Shown: in pieces, positions 9,238-20,376 of the stretch
Position numbering within the stretch: the first letter of the stretch is position 1
Layout: each line of letters begins with the position of its first letter
From: an uncultured Chloroflexia bacterium
Lineage (GTDB): Bacteria; Chloroflexota; Limnocylindria; Limnocylindrales; CSP1-4
Assembly: GCA_963739365.1 (NCBI GenBank)
Contig: CAVUAG010000006.1
Location: forward strand, 55,991-119,990
Length of the DNA: 64,000 nt
Direction of reading: 5' to 3'
Notes under the pieces: generated by a model
Told to the model about the DNA's origin: nothing
Seen by the model: the letters and a program-made list of their open reading frames with translations, nothing else
Database searches by the model: none
Program-made: the position numbers and the translations under genes

Positions 9238-10173
9238 CTAGCGGGCCGGGACGCATCGTTCCGGTGTCGATTGCGGGCAGCCGGCGGGCGTGCTCACGGC
9301 CGCCCTCCCGGCTTGTGCCGCCAGGCGCCGCCACGGCGCGAGCGTCGGTCGTGGCATCGGTCCACAGGAGCACCGCGGCCGCCGGCAGCGCACTGGTCGG
9401 TCGTCGAACGCCGCGAGCAGCGCCCTTCCGTCGGCGGGGAATCGCGCCACGAACAGGGGCGCGAGCTCGGCCACGAGGCTGCGGTTGCGCCTCGTGCCCC
9501 GGAGGATCCACGCTCCTGAGACGGTCCAGCCCGGGAAGGCGGGCATGGACGGCCGCCAGCTTGTCGTCGAACGATCGAAACGCAGCGCCCACGTCGAGCA
9601 GGAGATCCCACACCTCGACCACGGCGGCTTCGTGGCGGTGGCTCGCGTGAGAAGGACGTCGATCACGCGGCCGGTACCACCACGCGTCACCGGCATCTCG
9701 GGCGCGGGCGACCATCCGCCGGCAGCCGCGCGCTCGACGAGCGCGCTCTGCCGACGGAGGTGCTCGATGTCGCGCGGGAGGCTGGCGCCCGACACGGCCT
9801 CGAGGAACGCCGCGAGCTGGACGCCGATGGCCGCCGCGACCACGGCCCACAGCTCGATCGGCGCGTTCGCCCCGAGCCCTCGCTCGAGCTCGCTCCACCT
9901 TGCCTGGCTGATCCGGGCTCGGGTCGCGGCCTCCGCCTGGGACATCGCTGCGGTGGCCCGCGCATCCCTCAGCCCGACGCCGAGGCGAATGGCGACCGCG
10001 TCGGCTCGCCCGCGACCGCGCATCACCTCGTGGGTCGCGCGGGCGACGGGGCGGCGGATCGAGGGCGCGGCTGTTCCCGGCGGCGGCCCGTTCGCGATCG
10101 TCGGCGCGGCTGTTCCCGTCGTCGGCGGCTCGGGACACTCTCGGGGTGTCGGCATACTGCCCCCATCATTCAC
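9238..10173 (-). pseudogene. XRE-family HTH regulator with several frame breaks
   Basis: HTH signature LRDARATAAMSQAEAATRARISQARWSELERG. Downstream, plausible protein text alternates between track ORFs 9238..10173 and 9002..10138: IDVLLTRA / HEAAVVEVWDLLLDVGAAFRSFDDKLAAV / GWTVSGAWILRGTRRNRSLVAELAPLFVARFPADGRALLAAFDD / AVLLWTDATTD. This implies at least three breaks. The 3' end is undefined. Confidence 0.5.
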
Positions 10174-10383
10174 AGGCGGGCTTCACGCCGACTTAACGCT
10201 GTTCGGGCCGTGGCCGGAGGCGTTCAGGCCGGTCGGGGCGGTCGGTCGTGACGGCCGCGAGCGTGGGACCGGGGCGGCTCGACGGTCTTGGGTCGGGTCT
10301 TCGGAGCCGCCGTAGAGTCGTCCCGACCCGAACCCTGCCTACTAATGCTGGGGGCAGTAGACGCGACGAGGGCGACGCTGGGG

Positions 10384-10680
10384 CGCACGCGGGCGCGCCG
10401 CGGGCCGCGGCTCCGCCGCGGGCCGCCTACCGCCGCGGGCCGCCTCCGACGCGGGCTGACGCCTCCGCAGCAGGCGGCGACGGACCGGCGCCCACGCGGC
10501 CGGCAGCGCGCACAATGGCGGGCAGCGCGCACGCGGGCCGGCAGCGCGCACATCGGGCCGGCAGCGCGCGCGACGGGCGGCGCCGCGCAACGGGCAGCGA
10601 CGGGCCGGCGCCCGGCCTGCCGACCGGCGCCCAGCCCGCCGCCGGCGCCCGCCGCCGACGCCCCGCCCCGCCGAACCGCC
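10384..10680. repeat. Degenerate GC-rich 17-20-nt tandem repeats (non-coding)
   Basis: Units ccgccgcgggccgcctNc x3 (10395-10450), then ggccggcagcgcgcaca-like units x5-6 (10497-10600), then a Pro-codon-like ccgccg tract up to the glnA stop. No credible ORF in any frame. Confidence 0.6.
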
Positions 10681-10695
10681 CCCCGACGCGAACGC

Positions 10696-12049
10696 TCAGA
10701 ACGCTTCGAGGTACCGGTCAAGCTCCCACTGCGTGACCTGCGTCCGGTACTCGTCCCATTCGGCCGTCTTCGCCTCGACGTAGTGCTCGAGGACATGGTC
10801 GCCCAGCGCCTCGCAGACGACCGCGTCCGCCTTCAGCTCCTCGATCGCCTGGCCCAGCGTGCCCGGCAGCTCCTGGATGCCGCGCTCAGTGACCTGGTGG
10901 GCGTCCATCTCGAAGAGGCTCTCCTCGACCGGGTCGGAGAGCGCCAGGCCGCGCTCCACGCCGTCGAGGCCGGCCGCGATCATCACGGCGAACGCGAGGT
11001 ACGTGTTGGAGGACGGGTCCGGGCAGCGGACCTCGGCGCGGGTCCCCTCGATGGACTTGCCCGGCGAGATCATCGGCACCCGGATGAGCGCGGAGCGGTT
11101 GGTGCGACCCCAGGTGATGTAGGTCGGCGCCTCGTAGCCGGGGACGAGCCGCTTGTACGAGTTCACGGTCGGGGCGAGGACGGCGGCCATCCCCTTCGCG
11201 TGGGCGAGGATGCCCGCCATGTACGAGCGGGCGAGGTCGGAGAGCCCGTACCGGTTGGCGGGATCGGCAAACGCGTTCCGGCCCTCGTCGATCGAGAAGA
11301 GGCTCTGGTGGGTGTGCATGCCCGAGCCGTTGATCCCGAAGATGGGCTTGGGCATGAACGTGGCGTAGAGGCCGTGGAGCTGGGCGATCGCCTTGAGGGC
11401 GAACTTGAAGGTGAGCGCGTTGTCGGCGGTCTTGAGGGCGTCCGAGTACTCGAAGTCGATCTCGTGCTGGCCGGCCGCGACCTCGTGGTGGGCCGCCTCG
11501 ACCGAGATCCCGAACGCCTCGAGCGCGTCCACCATGTCCTGGCGGACTTCCTGCGCGAGATCGGTGGAGAAGTCGAAGTAGCCGGCCAGGTCGTGCGGGA
11601 GCGGCGCGACCTTGCCGGTCTCGTCGCGGCGGAAGAGGAAGAACTCCAGCTCGGGACCCATGTTCACGACGTAGCCGAGCTTCCGGGCGCGCTCCACCTG
11701 CCGGCGGAGGACGTAGCGGGGGTCGACCGGCGAAGGGCTCGCCGCGCGGCGTGAAGACGTCGCAGATGACGCGCGCCGTGCCGCGCGGGCCGTCGCCGGG
11801 CTGCCAGGGGATCTCGGCGAAGGTCGCCATGTCCGGCATGAGGTACTGGTCGGACTCGGCGATCCGGGTGAAGCCCTCGATCGACGACCCGTCGAACCAG
11901 GTCCCGTGACTGACGGAATCCGCCATCCGGTGGATCGGGATCGTCACGGCCTTGACGATCCCGAGGATGTCGGTGAACTGCAGCTGGACGAAGCGGATGC
12001 CGTCCGCCTTCGCCTTCTCGATCTGCTCCATCGCGCTGGCGTCGGCCAC
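10696..12049 (-). CDS. glnA: Glutamine synthetase type I, apparent 1-nt insertion near 11725
   Basis: GTG 12049 preceded by AAGGAGGAGG. The N-terminal domain (GIRFVQLQFTDILG, WFDGSSIEGF) is in track ORF 10886..12049. The catalytic domain (NMGPELEFFLF, MPKPIFGINGSGMHTHQSLF, NSYKRLVPGYEAP) is in track ORF 10696..11697. The join is EPFAG / DPRYVLRRQVERARKLGY, where ggt-c-gac carries an extra base. 1354 nt = 451 codons + 1. Confidence 0.9.
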
Positions 12050-12201
12050 GGGACCTCCTCCTTGAGCGCGGCCACGCGGCGGGCTCGCGCAGGCTATGCG
12101 TCGCCCGCGTGACGCGCGAACGATCGACCGCGGGCCCCCCGAGGATAGCAGCGGGCGGACGCCCTGAGGCCCCGGCTGACGCCCCGGCGCCCGCTTCGAT
12201 C

Positions 12202-14348
12202 TCAGTACTGGAAGAGCAGCTCGCGGTACTTCGGCAGCGGCCAGAGCTCGTCGGAGACCAGCGTCTCGAGCTTGTCCACGACGACCCGCAGCTCCTCCTG
12301 GGCCGGGATCACCTGGTCCGCGAACGCCCGGGCCTCAGCGTGCACCGAATCCGCCTCGTGGGCGGCATGCTGCGCGTGCTCGAGGGCGTGGATCGCATCC
12401 ACGAGATCGTCGGCCAGGCCGGCGACCTTGGTCGACACGGCGGCGATCCCCCGGGACGCGGCCCCGCCGGCGAGCTGGCCCAGGTACAGGGCGGCGGCGG
12501 GCAGGATCATCGTCCGCGCGATGTCCAGGGCGCAGCTCGCCTCGATGTCCTGGACCTTGACGTAGCGCTCCCAGAGGATCTCCACCCGGGAGGCCAGCTC
12601 CCGCTCGGAGAGGACGCCGAACTTCCCGAAGACGGCCTTGGCCTTCGCGGTCGTGAGGGCCGGGAGCGCGTCGACCGTGGTCGGGTTGTTCGGCAGGCCG
12701 CGCCGGGCAGCCTCCGCGTGCCACTCGTCGGAGTAGCCGTTGCCCTCGAACAGGACCTGCTTGTTCGCCTTGACGATCGCCGAGAGGACCGTCGTCAGGC
12801 CCTCGAAGTCGCCGTGCTCCAGCTGCCTCGAGCTCGTCGGCGAGCTGCGACGAGCGAGTCGGCGACGGCGGCGTTGAGGACCGTCTGCGGCCAGTAGATG
12901 GGGGCCGACGAGCCGACGGCGCGGAACTCGAACTTGTTGCCGGTGAAGGCGAAGGGCGAGGTCCGGTTGCGGTCGGTGGCGTCCTTCGGGAGGAGCGGGA
13001 GGGAGGTGACGCCCAGCTCGACGTGGCCGCCCTTCTTCGATGCCGAGGCGGCGCCCTGCTCCAGCTGCTCGATCACGTCCTCGAGCTGCGAGCCGAGGAA
13101 GACCGACATGATGGCCGGCGGCGCCTCGTTGGCGCCCAGGCGGTGGTCGTTGCCGGCATCGGCGATGCTCGCCCGCATGAGGTCGGCATGGACGTTGACC
13201 GCCCGGATGACGGCCATCAGGAACGCCAGGAACTGGGCGTTGGCGTGCGGGTCGTGGCCGGGGTCGAGCAGGTTCTCGCCATCGTCGGTGCTCATCGACC
13301 AGTTGTTGTGCTTGCCCGACCCGTTGATGCCGGCGAACGGCTTCTCGTGCAGCAGGAGCATCAGGCCGTGCTGCGGCGCGAGGCGCCGCATCGTGCTCAT
13401 GACGACCATGTTGTGGTCGGAGCCGACCGACGTCGCCTCGTAGACGGGCGCCATCTCGAACTGGCCGGGGGCGACCTCGTTGTGGCGCGTCCGGGCGGGG
13501 ATGCCCAGGCGCCACAGCTCGCGATCGAGGTCCATCATGAAGGCCAGGATCCGCTCCCGGATGGGGCCGAAGTACTGGTCCTCCAGCTCCTGGCCCTTGG
13601 GCGGGGCGGCGCCGAAGAGGGTGCGCCCGGTCAGGACGAGGTCCGGGCGCTGCTCGGCCAGGCGCCGATCGACGAGGAAGTACTCCTGCTCCGGCCCGAT
13701 GTTGGTGAAGACGCGGTTGGCCGTCGTGTTGTCGAACCAGCGCAGGACGCGCAGCGCCTGCGTGCCCAGCGCCTGCTGCGAGCGGAGCAGCGGGATCTTG
13801 TGGTCGAGCGCTTCGCCGGTGAACGAGACGAACGCCGTCGGGATGGTCAGCGTGACGCCGTTCGGCTCGACCTGCAGGAAGATCGGGCTGGTCACGTCCC
13901 AGGCCGTGTAGCCCCGGGCCTCGAAGGTGGCGCGGATGCCGCCCGACGGGAACGAGCTGGCGTCGGGCTCACCCTGGAGCAGGTTCTGACCGGAGAACTC
14001 CGCGATGGTCTGGCCGTCGGCCGTCGGGGTCAGGAAGGAGTCGTGCTTCTCGGCCGTGGAGCCGGTCATGGGCACGAACCAGTGCGTGTAGTGGGTGGCC
14101 CCGTGGGAGAGGGCCCACTCCTTCACGCCATGGGCAACCGCGTCGGCGATCACCGGATCGAAGGGCTCGAGACCGTCGATCGTGCGCCGCAGCCGGTTGA
14201 AGATCGGCTTGGCCAGGAACTGCCGCTGGGCTACCTCGTGGAACACGTACTGGCCGTAGATCTCCTCGCCGGCGTGCTCCAGGTAGTCCTGGGTGGAGGC
14301 GACCCTGTGGTTGGAGATCGACTCGATGGCGTGGCGACGAGCAGTCAT
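12202..14348 (-). CDS. glnN: Glutamine synthetase type III, frame break(s) near 12830-12860
   Basis: The N-terminal >500 aa (track ORF 12795..14369) carry [68 protein letters not shown]. The C-terminal ~210 aa ([21 protein letters not shown] ... KYRELLFQY) are in track ORF 12202..13515. A short third-frame stretch QLADELE suggests two 1-nt insertions. The start is ATG 14348 or 14369. Confidence 0.85.
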
Positions 14349-14621
14349 GTGGCTCCCTGTCGAATCCATGTGGGAAGTGCGGCCGCGTCCCCGCCCGTGC
14401 CTCGGCGCGGCCGGCCACCGATGAGATGCGCCTGGATTGGCCCCAACCTACAGGATCGGGCGGGGCTGTCCAAGACCTCGCCGGTCGGAGCGTCCGAGAT
14501 GTCTCCGAACGGCAACCTGTTCGTGGGTGTGGCTCAACGGTCGATCGTGCGCGCCGGGGAGAGGGGGCGCGGCGCGGCCGCGCCGCGTGCGCGACGCCGG
14601 CAGGCTGCAAGAATCCGGGCC

Positions 14622-16036
14622 ATGAGCCCAGAACCAGAAGCACCCCGCCCGGACGCCGCCGTCCTTCGCATCCCGCCCCCGCTCGACCCGGCGTTCCGGC
14701 CCTCCGGACGCGCCCGGCGCGCCCTCGAGGAGCGCATCCGCGCGTCCGGGCTGGCGATCCCGGTGACGTTGGCCGTCGAGCAGCCCGGCGGAACCGTCAG
14801 CCGCCACGACACGGTCGCCTGGCCCGATGGCCATCCCGAGGCCGCGCTCGGCGATCACCACGCGGAGCGTCTCCTCAAGACGCTCCTCTGGACCCGGGGC
14901 GGGAGCCGCGTGCACGTGGATGGCCCGGACAGGCTGGTCGACACCTGCAGCGCCACTACGCCGAGGAGCCCACCGGCATCTTCGACGCCCGGATCGCCGC
15001 GGAGATCTACCTCCGGCCGCTCGAGCTCGTGCGCACCCCTGCGGCCGAGATGCCGTCGTCGGGCGGCGCGACCGTCGCCCTCGGCGGCCACCTCGACGGC
15101 TGTCGCATCGGCTTCGACCTCGGAGCCAGCGACCGCAAGGTCGCGGCCGTGATCGATGGCGAGGTCGTCTTCAGCGAGGAGGTCCCGTGGGACCCGGCGA
15201 GCCACGCCGACCCCCAGTGGCACTACGACGGGATCGATGACTCCATTCGGCGCGCAGCCGCCCACCTGCCGCGCGTCGACGCGATCGGCGGCAGCTCGGC
15301 CGGCGTCTACGTCGACAGCCAGGTCCGCGTCGCCTCGCTTTTCCGGTCGGTGCCGCGCGACCTGTTCGCGGCACGCGTGCGGGGCCTGTTCGATGAGCTC
15401 CGCGCAGCGTGGGGCCGGGTCCCGTTCGTGGTCGTCAACGACGGGGAGGTGACCGCCCTGGCGGGCGCGATGACGACGGGCGCCGGCGCGTTTCTCGGGA
15501 TCGCGCTCGGCTCCAGCCAGGCCGCCGGCTACGTCACGCGGGAGCGGACCCTCACGACGTGGCTCGACGAGCTGGCGTTCGTGCCGGTCGACGATGCGCC
15601 CGGCGCGCCTCGAGACGAGTGGTCGAGCGATCGGGGCTGCGGCGTCCAGTACTTCTCGCAGCAGGCGGTGGGCCGGCTGCTCGGCCCGGCCGGCATCGTG
15701 GTCGACGCTGACACGCCGCTCCCCCAGCGGCTTGTCCACCTCCAGGAGCTGATGGAGGCCGGCGACCGGCGGGCGCCCCGGGTCTACGCCACGATCGGCA
15801 CGTACCTTGGCTACGCGCTCCTTGACTATCGCGATTTCTACGACGTGGAGCACCTGCTCCTGCTGGGCCGGGTGATGACCGGCCCAGGCGGCGACGTGGT
15901 CATCGACCACGCCCGCGCGGTCATCCGGGCGGAGGACCCGGCGGCGGCAGAGGTCATCACGGTGCACACGCCGTCCGAGCGCGACAAGCGCCACGGCCAG
16001 GCGGTGGCGGCTGCTTCCCTGCCGGCGCTGGGTTAG
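14622..16036 (+). CDS. ROK family protein (sugar kinase/regulator fold), apparent 1-nt deletion near 14947
   Basis: ATG 14622 (MSPEPEAP...) lies in the tail of track ORF 13023..15152. After ...VHVDGPDRLVDT the text continues LQRHYAEEPTGIF... in track ORF 14426..16036. Actin-fold/ROK text: IGFDLGASDRKVAAV, VVVNDGEVTALAG, GIALGSSQAAG. Confidence 0.7.
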
Positions 16037-17431
16037 GTGGGGTGGCGCCGCGCGACCAGGTCCTCGAGCAGCCGCCCGAACTCGCGGCGGAGATCCACGT
16101 AGCGGTCGGCCCGGGCCACGAGCCGCAGCTCGCCCGACGGGTCGAGGCGCGTCCAGGTCCGGCGGCGCGGGAAGTAGAACGTGAGGGCGAGCCCCACGAT
16201 CAGGAGGAAGAAGCTGACCCAGACGATCGACGCGCCCGGGTCGCGCTTCACGATCACGCCCGAGAAGGCCGTGACCTTCTCGAAGGTGATCCGCAGGTCG
16301 CTCGAATCGACGACGTAGGTTCGGCCCGGCGTGGCGCCCCCCACGAACGTGGTCTCGACGACCGGCCCGCCAGCCGCGTCCTCGCCCGTGACCCGGTAGC
16401 CGACCACCGCGAGCGAAGCGGCGCCGGTGGCATCCGCCCCGAGCAGCATCTCCAGCCCTTCCTCGCGCCCGGGGATCGTGAAGCGCCCATACGGCCGCCC
16501 GCCGTTCACCTCGTCGAGCGGGACCGGCCCGGCCCACAGGAGGCGCCCGGCTCCGTCGCGGATCGTCAGGTCGACCGCCGGCCCGAAGAAGTTCTGGTGG
16601 AACGTGTAGCCGGCCGCGGCAAGCGGGTCGTTCACTCGGATCACCTTGCGAGCGATCTCCTGCCCGTCGCGGTAGACCGCGAGGTCGGTCGTGAAGTCGG
16701 TGAAGCGCCCGTCCGGCGTCGCGGGGCGCCGTGAAGGCCAGGCTCTTGACGGAGACCAGGCCGATCGACCCGATGCTCGAGACCGGCAGGGCCTGGCCCT
16801 CGGGCAGGAGGATCCCGGTCTCGAAGCCGAAACGGCTCGTGATCGCCGCGGCGAGGATGAACCCGACCAGCCCGGCGTGGGTGAGGAGCGTGAACAGCTT
16901 CGCGTTCTGGTTGCGATCGCCGTAGAGGAAGCGGGCGCCGGCAGGTCCCTCCTCCTCCCGGACCCGAAACCCGGAGCGCCGCAGGGCCGCGCGCACGTCC
17001 TCGGCTCGGACCCCGTCGCGGATCACCGCCCGGTCCGGGAGGTCCGGGTCGAAGAAGCCGTCCGGCTGCACGACCCGGACGTCACGCGCAGAGCGCCAGA
17101 GACCCGGCGTGCGGTCCAGGGTGCAGACGACGATCGAGACGGCGAGCAGGGCCAGGAGCGCCGTGAACCACCAGGCGGAGAAGACGCGGAAGAGGCCGAG
17201 CGCCTCGAAGAGGTCCGTCAGCGGGGCGCCGAGCGAGGGTTCCACGCGGGCACGCAGGATCGCCAGCTGCTCCGCGAGATCGGCCGGTGAGCGAAAGGCG
17301 GCGCCGGGCAGCTGCGGGACGATGATCCCGACGACGCCCACCAGGGCGATCGCGATGATCTGGACGACGGCGAAGCGAACGGAGGTGAGCAGGCCGTAGA
17401 CCGCCCGACCGGGGCGGGCGAGCAGGGTCAT
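16033..17431 (-). CDS. resB: Cytochrome c biogenesis protein ResB/Ccs1, apparent 1-nt insertion near 16725
   Basis: N-terminus in track ORF 14855..17431: VRFAVVQIIAIALVGVVGIIVPQ, FSAWWFTALLALLAVSIVVCTLDR. After ...KSLAFTAP it continues in the frame of track ORF 16033..16644 (DGRFTDFTTDLAVYRDGQEIARKVIRVNDPL ... WVSFFLLIVGLALTFYFPRRR). 1399 nt = 466 codons + 1. Confidence 0.85.
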
Positions 17432-18678
17432 CCGGACGCGCGGGCGGGCTCGTCGCGAGCTCGGCCGTCGCCGGCCGCCGAAGCGGGCTCGTCGCGGACC
17501 GTCCCTGCCACCTCGAGCGCCTGGCCCAGGTCGGCCAGCAGGTCGTCAGCGTCCTCGAGGCCCACCGAGACACGGACCAGGCCGGGGGCGATCCCCGCCT
17601 CCGCGAGCTCGGCCGCGCCCAGCTGGCGATGCGTGGTCGACGGCGGGTGCACGACGATCGTGTGGATGCTGCCCAACGACGCGGTCCGTTCCGGGATCCG
17701 CAGGGCGTCGACGAAGGCGCGGGCGGCCGTCGCGCCACCGGCGAGCTCCAGGGCGAGCATCCCGCCGCCGAACGCGAGGAGGCGGGATGCGACGACGTGC
17801 TGCGGGTGCGAGGGCAACATCGGGTAGTAGACGCGCGCAACCCCCTCGGCGGTTTCGAGGAACGCGGCCAGGCGGGCGGCCGTCGCCGTGTGGCGCTCCA
17901 TCCGCAAGGCAAGCGTGGGGATCCCGCGCAGGACGAGGAAGGCCGAGAAGGGCGCCAGCGTGCCCCCGGTCTCCACGTGCAGGTCGTGGACGGCGGCGAT
18001 CCTTGCCCGCGAGCCCACGACCACGCCGGCCAGCACGTCCGAGTGGCCGGAGAGGTACTTCGTCGCCGATTCGACGACGAGGTCCGCCCCGTGCTCCAGG
18101 GGTCGGCAGAGCGCCGGCGACGCGAACGTGTTGTCGACGACGACCGCCGCGCCGTGACGGTGGCCGAGCGCGGCGAGCGCCGGGAGGTCCGCGACCGCGA
18201 TGGTCGGGTTCGAGATCGTCTCGAGGTAGAGGAGCCGGGTGGGCGCGGCCGCGAGGGCCGCCTCGACGGCGCCGTGGTCGGCCGCATCCACGAACACGGT
18301 CTCCACGCCGAAGCGGGCCAGGACCGCGGTGAACAGCGCGCGCGTGGTCCCGTAGATGGCGCGCGTGGCCACGATCCGGTCGCCCGCCCCGACCAGGGAG
18401 CCGACGGCGAGGTTGATCGCGCCCATGCCGGTTGCCGCCGCGAACCCGGCCTCCGCCCCGTGCAGCTCCGCCGCGGCGTCGGCCAGGGCATCCACCGTCG
18501 GGTTGCCCAGCCGGGCGTAGACGTAGCCCTCCGTCGCTCCGGTCGTGACCGCGCCCAGCTCGTCCGCGTCGGCCGACGAGAAGGTGGCCGTCTGGTAGAT
18601 GGGCACGGACGTCGGCCGCTGGTCGACGCGGGGGGCACGGGTGGCGGCGCGGATCGCGCGCGTCGTGAAGCCGTCCAT
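17428..18678 (-). CDS. Cys/Met-metabolism PLP-dependent enzyme (cystathionine gamma-synthase/lyase or O-acylhomoserine sulfhydrylase type)
   Basis: ATG 18678 MDGFTTRAI. Family text YARLGNPT, VVDNTFASP, ESATKYLSGHSD (PLP lysine), LGSIHTIVVHP, RVSVGLED. Intact, 416 aa. The stop overlaps the resB start (ATGA, 17428-17431). Confidence 0.85.
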   Translation of the reverse strand: MDGFTTRAIRAATRAPRVDQRPTSVPIYQTATFSSADADELGAVTTGATEGYVYARLGNPTVDALADAAAELHGAEAGFAAATGMGAINLAVGSLVGAGDRIVATRAIYGTTRALFTAVLARFGVETVFVDAADHGAVEAALAAAPTRLLYLETISNPTIAVADLPALAALGHRHGAAVVVDNTFASPALCRPLEHGADLVVESATKYLSGHSDVLAGVVVGSRARIAAVHDLHVETGGTLAPFSAFLVLRGIPTLALRMERHTATAARLAAFLETAEGVARVYYPMLPSHPQHVVASRLLAFGGGMLALELAGGATAARAFVDALRIPERTASLGSIHTIVVHPPSTTHRQLGAAELAEAGIAPGLVRVSVGLEDADDLLADLGQALEVAGTVRDEPASAAGDGRARDEPARASG

Positions 18679-18737
18679 GGCGGCCGATCGTACACCGCGG
18701 GCCGGCGAGCGCTCGCCCTCGGATCCCGTGGGTCCGG

Positions 18738-20083
18738 TCAGTCGGCGTCGAAGCGTCGAGGGGGCGGCGCGCACCCGTGGCGATCGGCGCGGCCAGCACC
18801 GCTGCCGGGTCGGCGGGCGGCGCAGCCCGGTCGGCGGCGCTCGGCGGACGTCCGGGCCCGATCGCCTCCAGGGCCGTGCGGCCGTTCGGGCGCCGGCGGA
18901 CGAGCCGCTTCACGTCGTACATCGCGTCGTCCGCGGCGGCCATGACGTCGTCCAGCGACCGGCCGGGCGTCCATTCGCCGAGCCCGATCGAGACCGCGAG
19001 CGGGATCCGCTCGCCGCGCTCGCCCAGCCCGGCGGCGGCCACCCCCTGGCGGATCTTGTCGGCAACGACGCGGGCGCCGTCGCGGTCCGTCTCCGGCAGG
19101 AGGACGATGAACTCGTCGCCGCCCAGGCGGGCGGGGGTATCGATGCGCCGCACGTTCTCGCGGATCACGCCGGCCACGGCCGAGAGGGCCCGGTCGCCCA
19201 CCCGGTGGCCGTACGTGTCGTTGAGCTCCTTGAGCCCGTCGAGGTCGGCCATCAGCACGCAGAAGCCGTGCCCGTACCGGGTGGCCCGGTCGATCTCGCG
19301 CTCGAGGGCCGCGATGATGTAGCCGCGGTTCGCGAGCCCGGTCATCGCGTCGATGGTCGAAAGGCGGACGGCGGCGTCGCGGGTCCGTCGCTGCTCGCGG
19401 GCAACCACCATCGCGACGAAGGCCAGGAGAGCGAGGGCGGTGAGGTTCACGGCCACGGTCGCGAGCGATCCCGTGTCCGGCGTGGTCCCGTCCGCGGCGA
19501 CCAGGACGGCCACGAGGTACCCGGCAGTTGCCGCACCGGCGAGGGCCACGGTCACGAGGGGCGGGACGACGAGCGCCGCCCCGGCGACGACGAGCGGGTA
19601 GGCGTAGAAGAACGGGCTCGCGGCCCCACCGGTGAGGGCGATGACGATGCTCACGAGCGTGATCGCGACGGCACCCTCCACGACGAAGCGCGCCGGCCCC
19701 AGGCCAGCGGCCGGCAGGATGTCGTGAGCGAACAGGATGAAGATGCCGCCGATGGCCAGCACGAGGAGGAGCGGGTCCTCGGCGTCCGGCCAGAGCCCGG
19801 TCGCGTAGACGACGACGGCCGTGGAGAGAAGGTACGCCCAGCTGGCGACCCGGACGACCCGATCGTAGGCGGCCGGGGGGACGCCATCGCCCAGGACCGA
19901 GGACGGGTCGAGGGCTGCGATCGCCCGGATGTCGAGCGCGCCGCCGTCCGCGACGCCGGTGCGCCGTGCCGCGTTCCGCTCGTCGAGCCGTCGCGCGAGC
20001 GCGGGGCCCAGGACGATCCAGAGAAGCGCGATGTCCAGCACGACGACGGCGCCGAGCCCTGCCGCGAGCCAGGCGTTCGTCAA
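18738..20083 (-). CDS. Membrane-anchored diguanylate cyclase (GGDEF), 3' end provisional
   Basis: TTG 20083 preceded by GGAGAAGGAG. About six hydrophobic segments, then a GGDEF domain (DAMTGLANRGY, RLGGDEFIVLL, AAADDAMYDVKR). In its own frame there is no stop until 17546, which would read through the whole PLP-enzyme gene. A 1-nt slip in the Pro/Ala-rich tail reaches TGA 18738-18740, which I use as a provisional end. Confidence 0.65.
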
Positions 20084-20376
20084 TGGTTCTCCTTCTCCCG
20101 GCTCGCGTGCCCGGCCACGCGGAATCCGGAACTGGCGCGATTCTCGCATGCCGGCCTGCCGACGGAAGAGCCCCGGCGCGGGATCGTTGCGCCCGCGCAA
20201 CGGCGACGAGGCGTCGGCGCACCGGCAACGGGCCCAGCCCTGGATCGGCCCAGGGAAGACGCCGAGGCTGCACCGCGTGGACGGCGTCCGCGAGACGCAG
20301 TCGTTCGTCTACTTCCGGATGGTCGAGCAGGTCTACGCCTGGGGCACGCGCCAGGAGCGCGGCAGGCGCGGCCGCG

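Noticed and set aside
10384-10680. Repeats after glnA considered as a possible CRISPR array.
   Set aside because: The units are only 17-20 nt, degenerate and directly abutting, with no unique spacers. There is no leader and there are no cas genes in the window. The region is a GC-rich minisatellite.
12050-12201. Glutamine or other riboswitch in the glnA 5' leader.
   Set aside because: The 152-nt spacer shows only a GC hairpin (likely the glnN terminator) and a strong Shine-Dalgarno site. Nothing in it resembles riboswitch cores I can recall.
17546-20200. 884-aa ORF that would make the GGDEF protein continue through the entire downstream PLP-enzyme gene.
   Set aside because: The part beyond about 18740 overlaps, on the same strand but in another frame, an intact 416-aa enzyme with strong motifs. 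That part itself is R/P/G-rich. Given the many indels in this window, a missed stop caused by a 1-nt error in the tail is more plausible.
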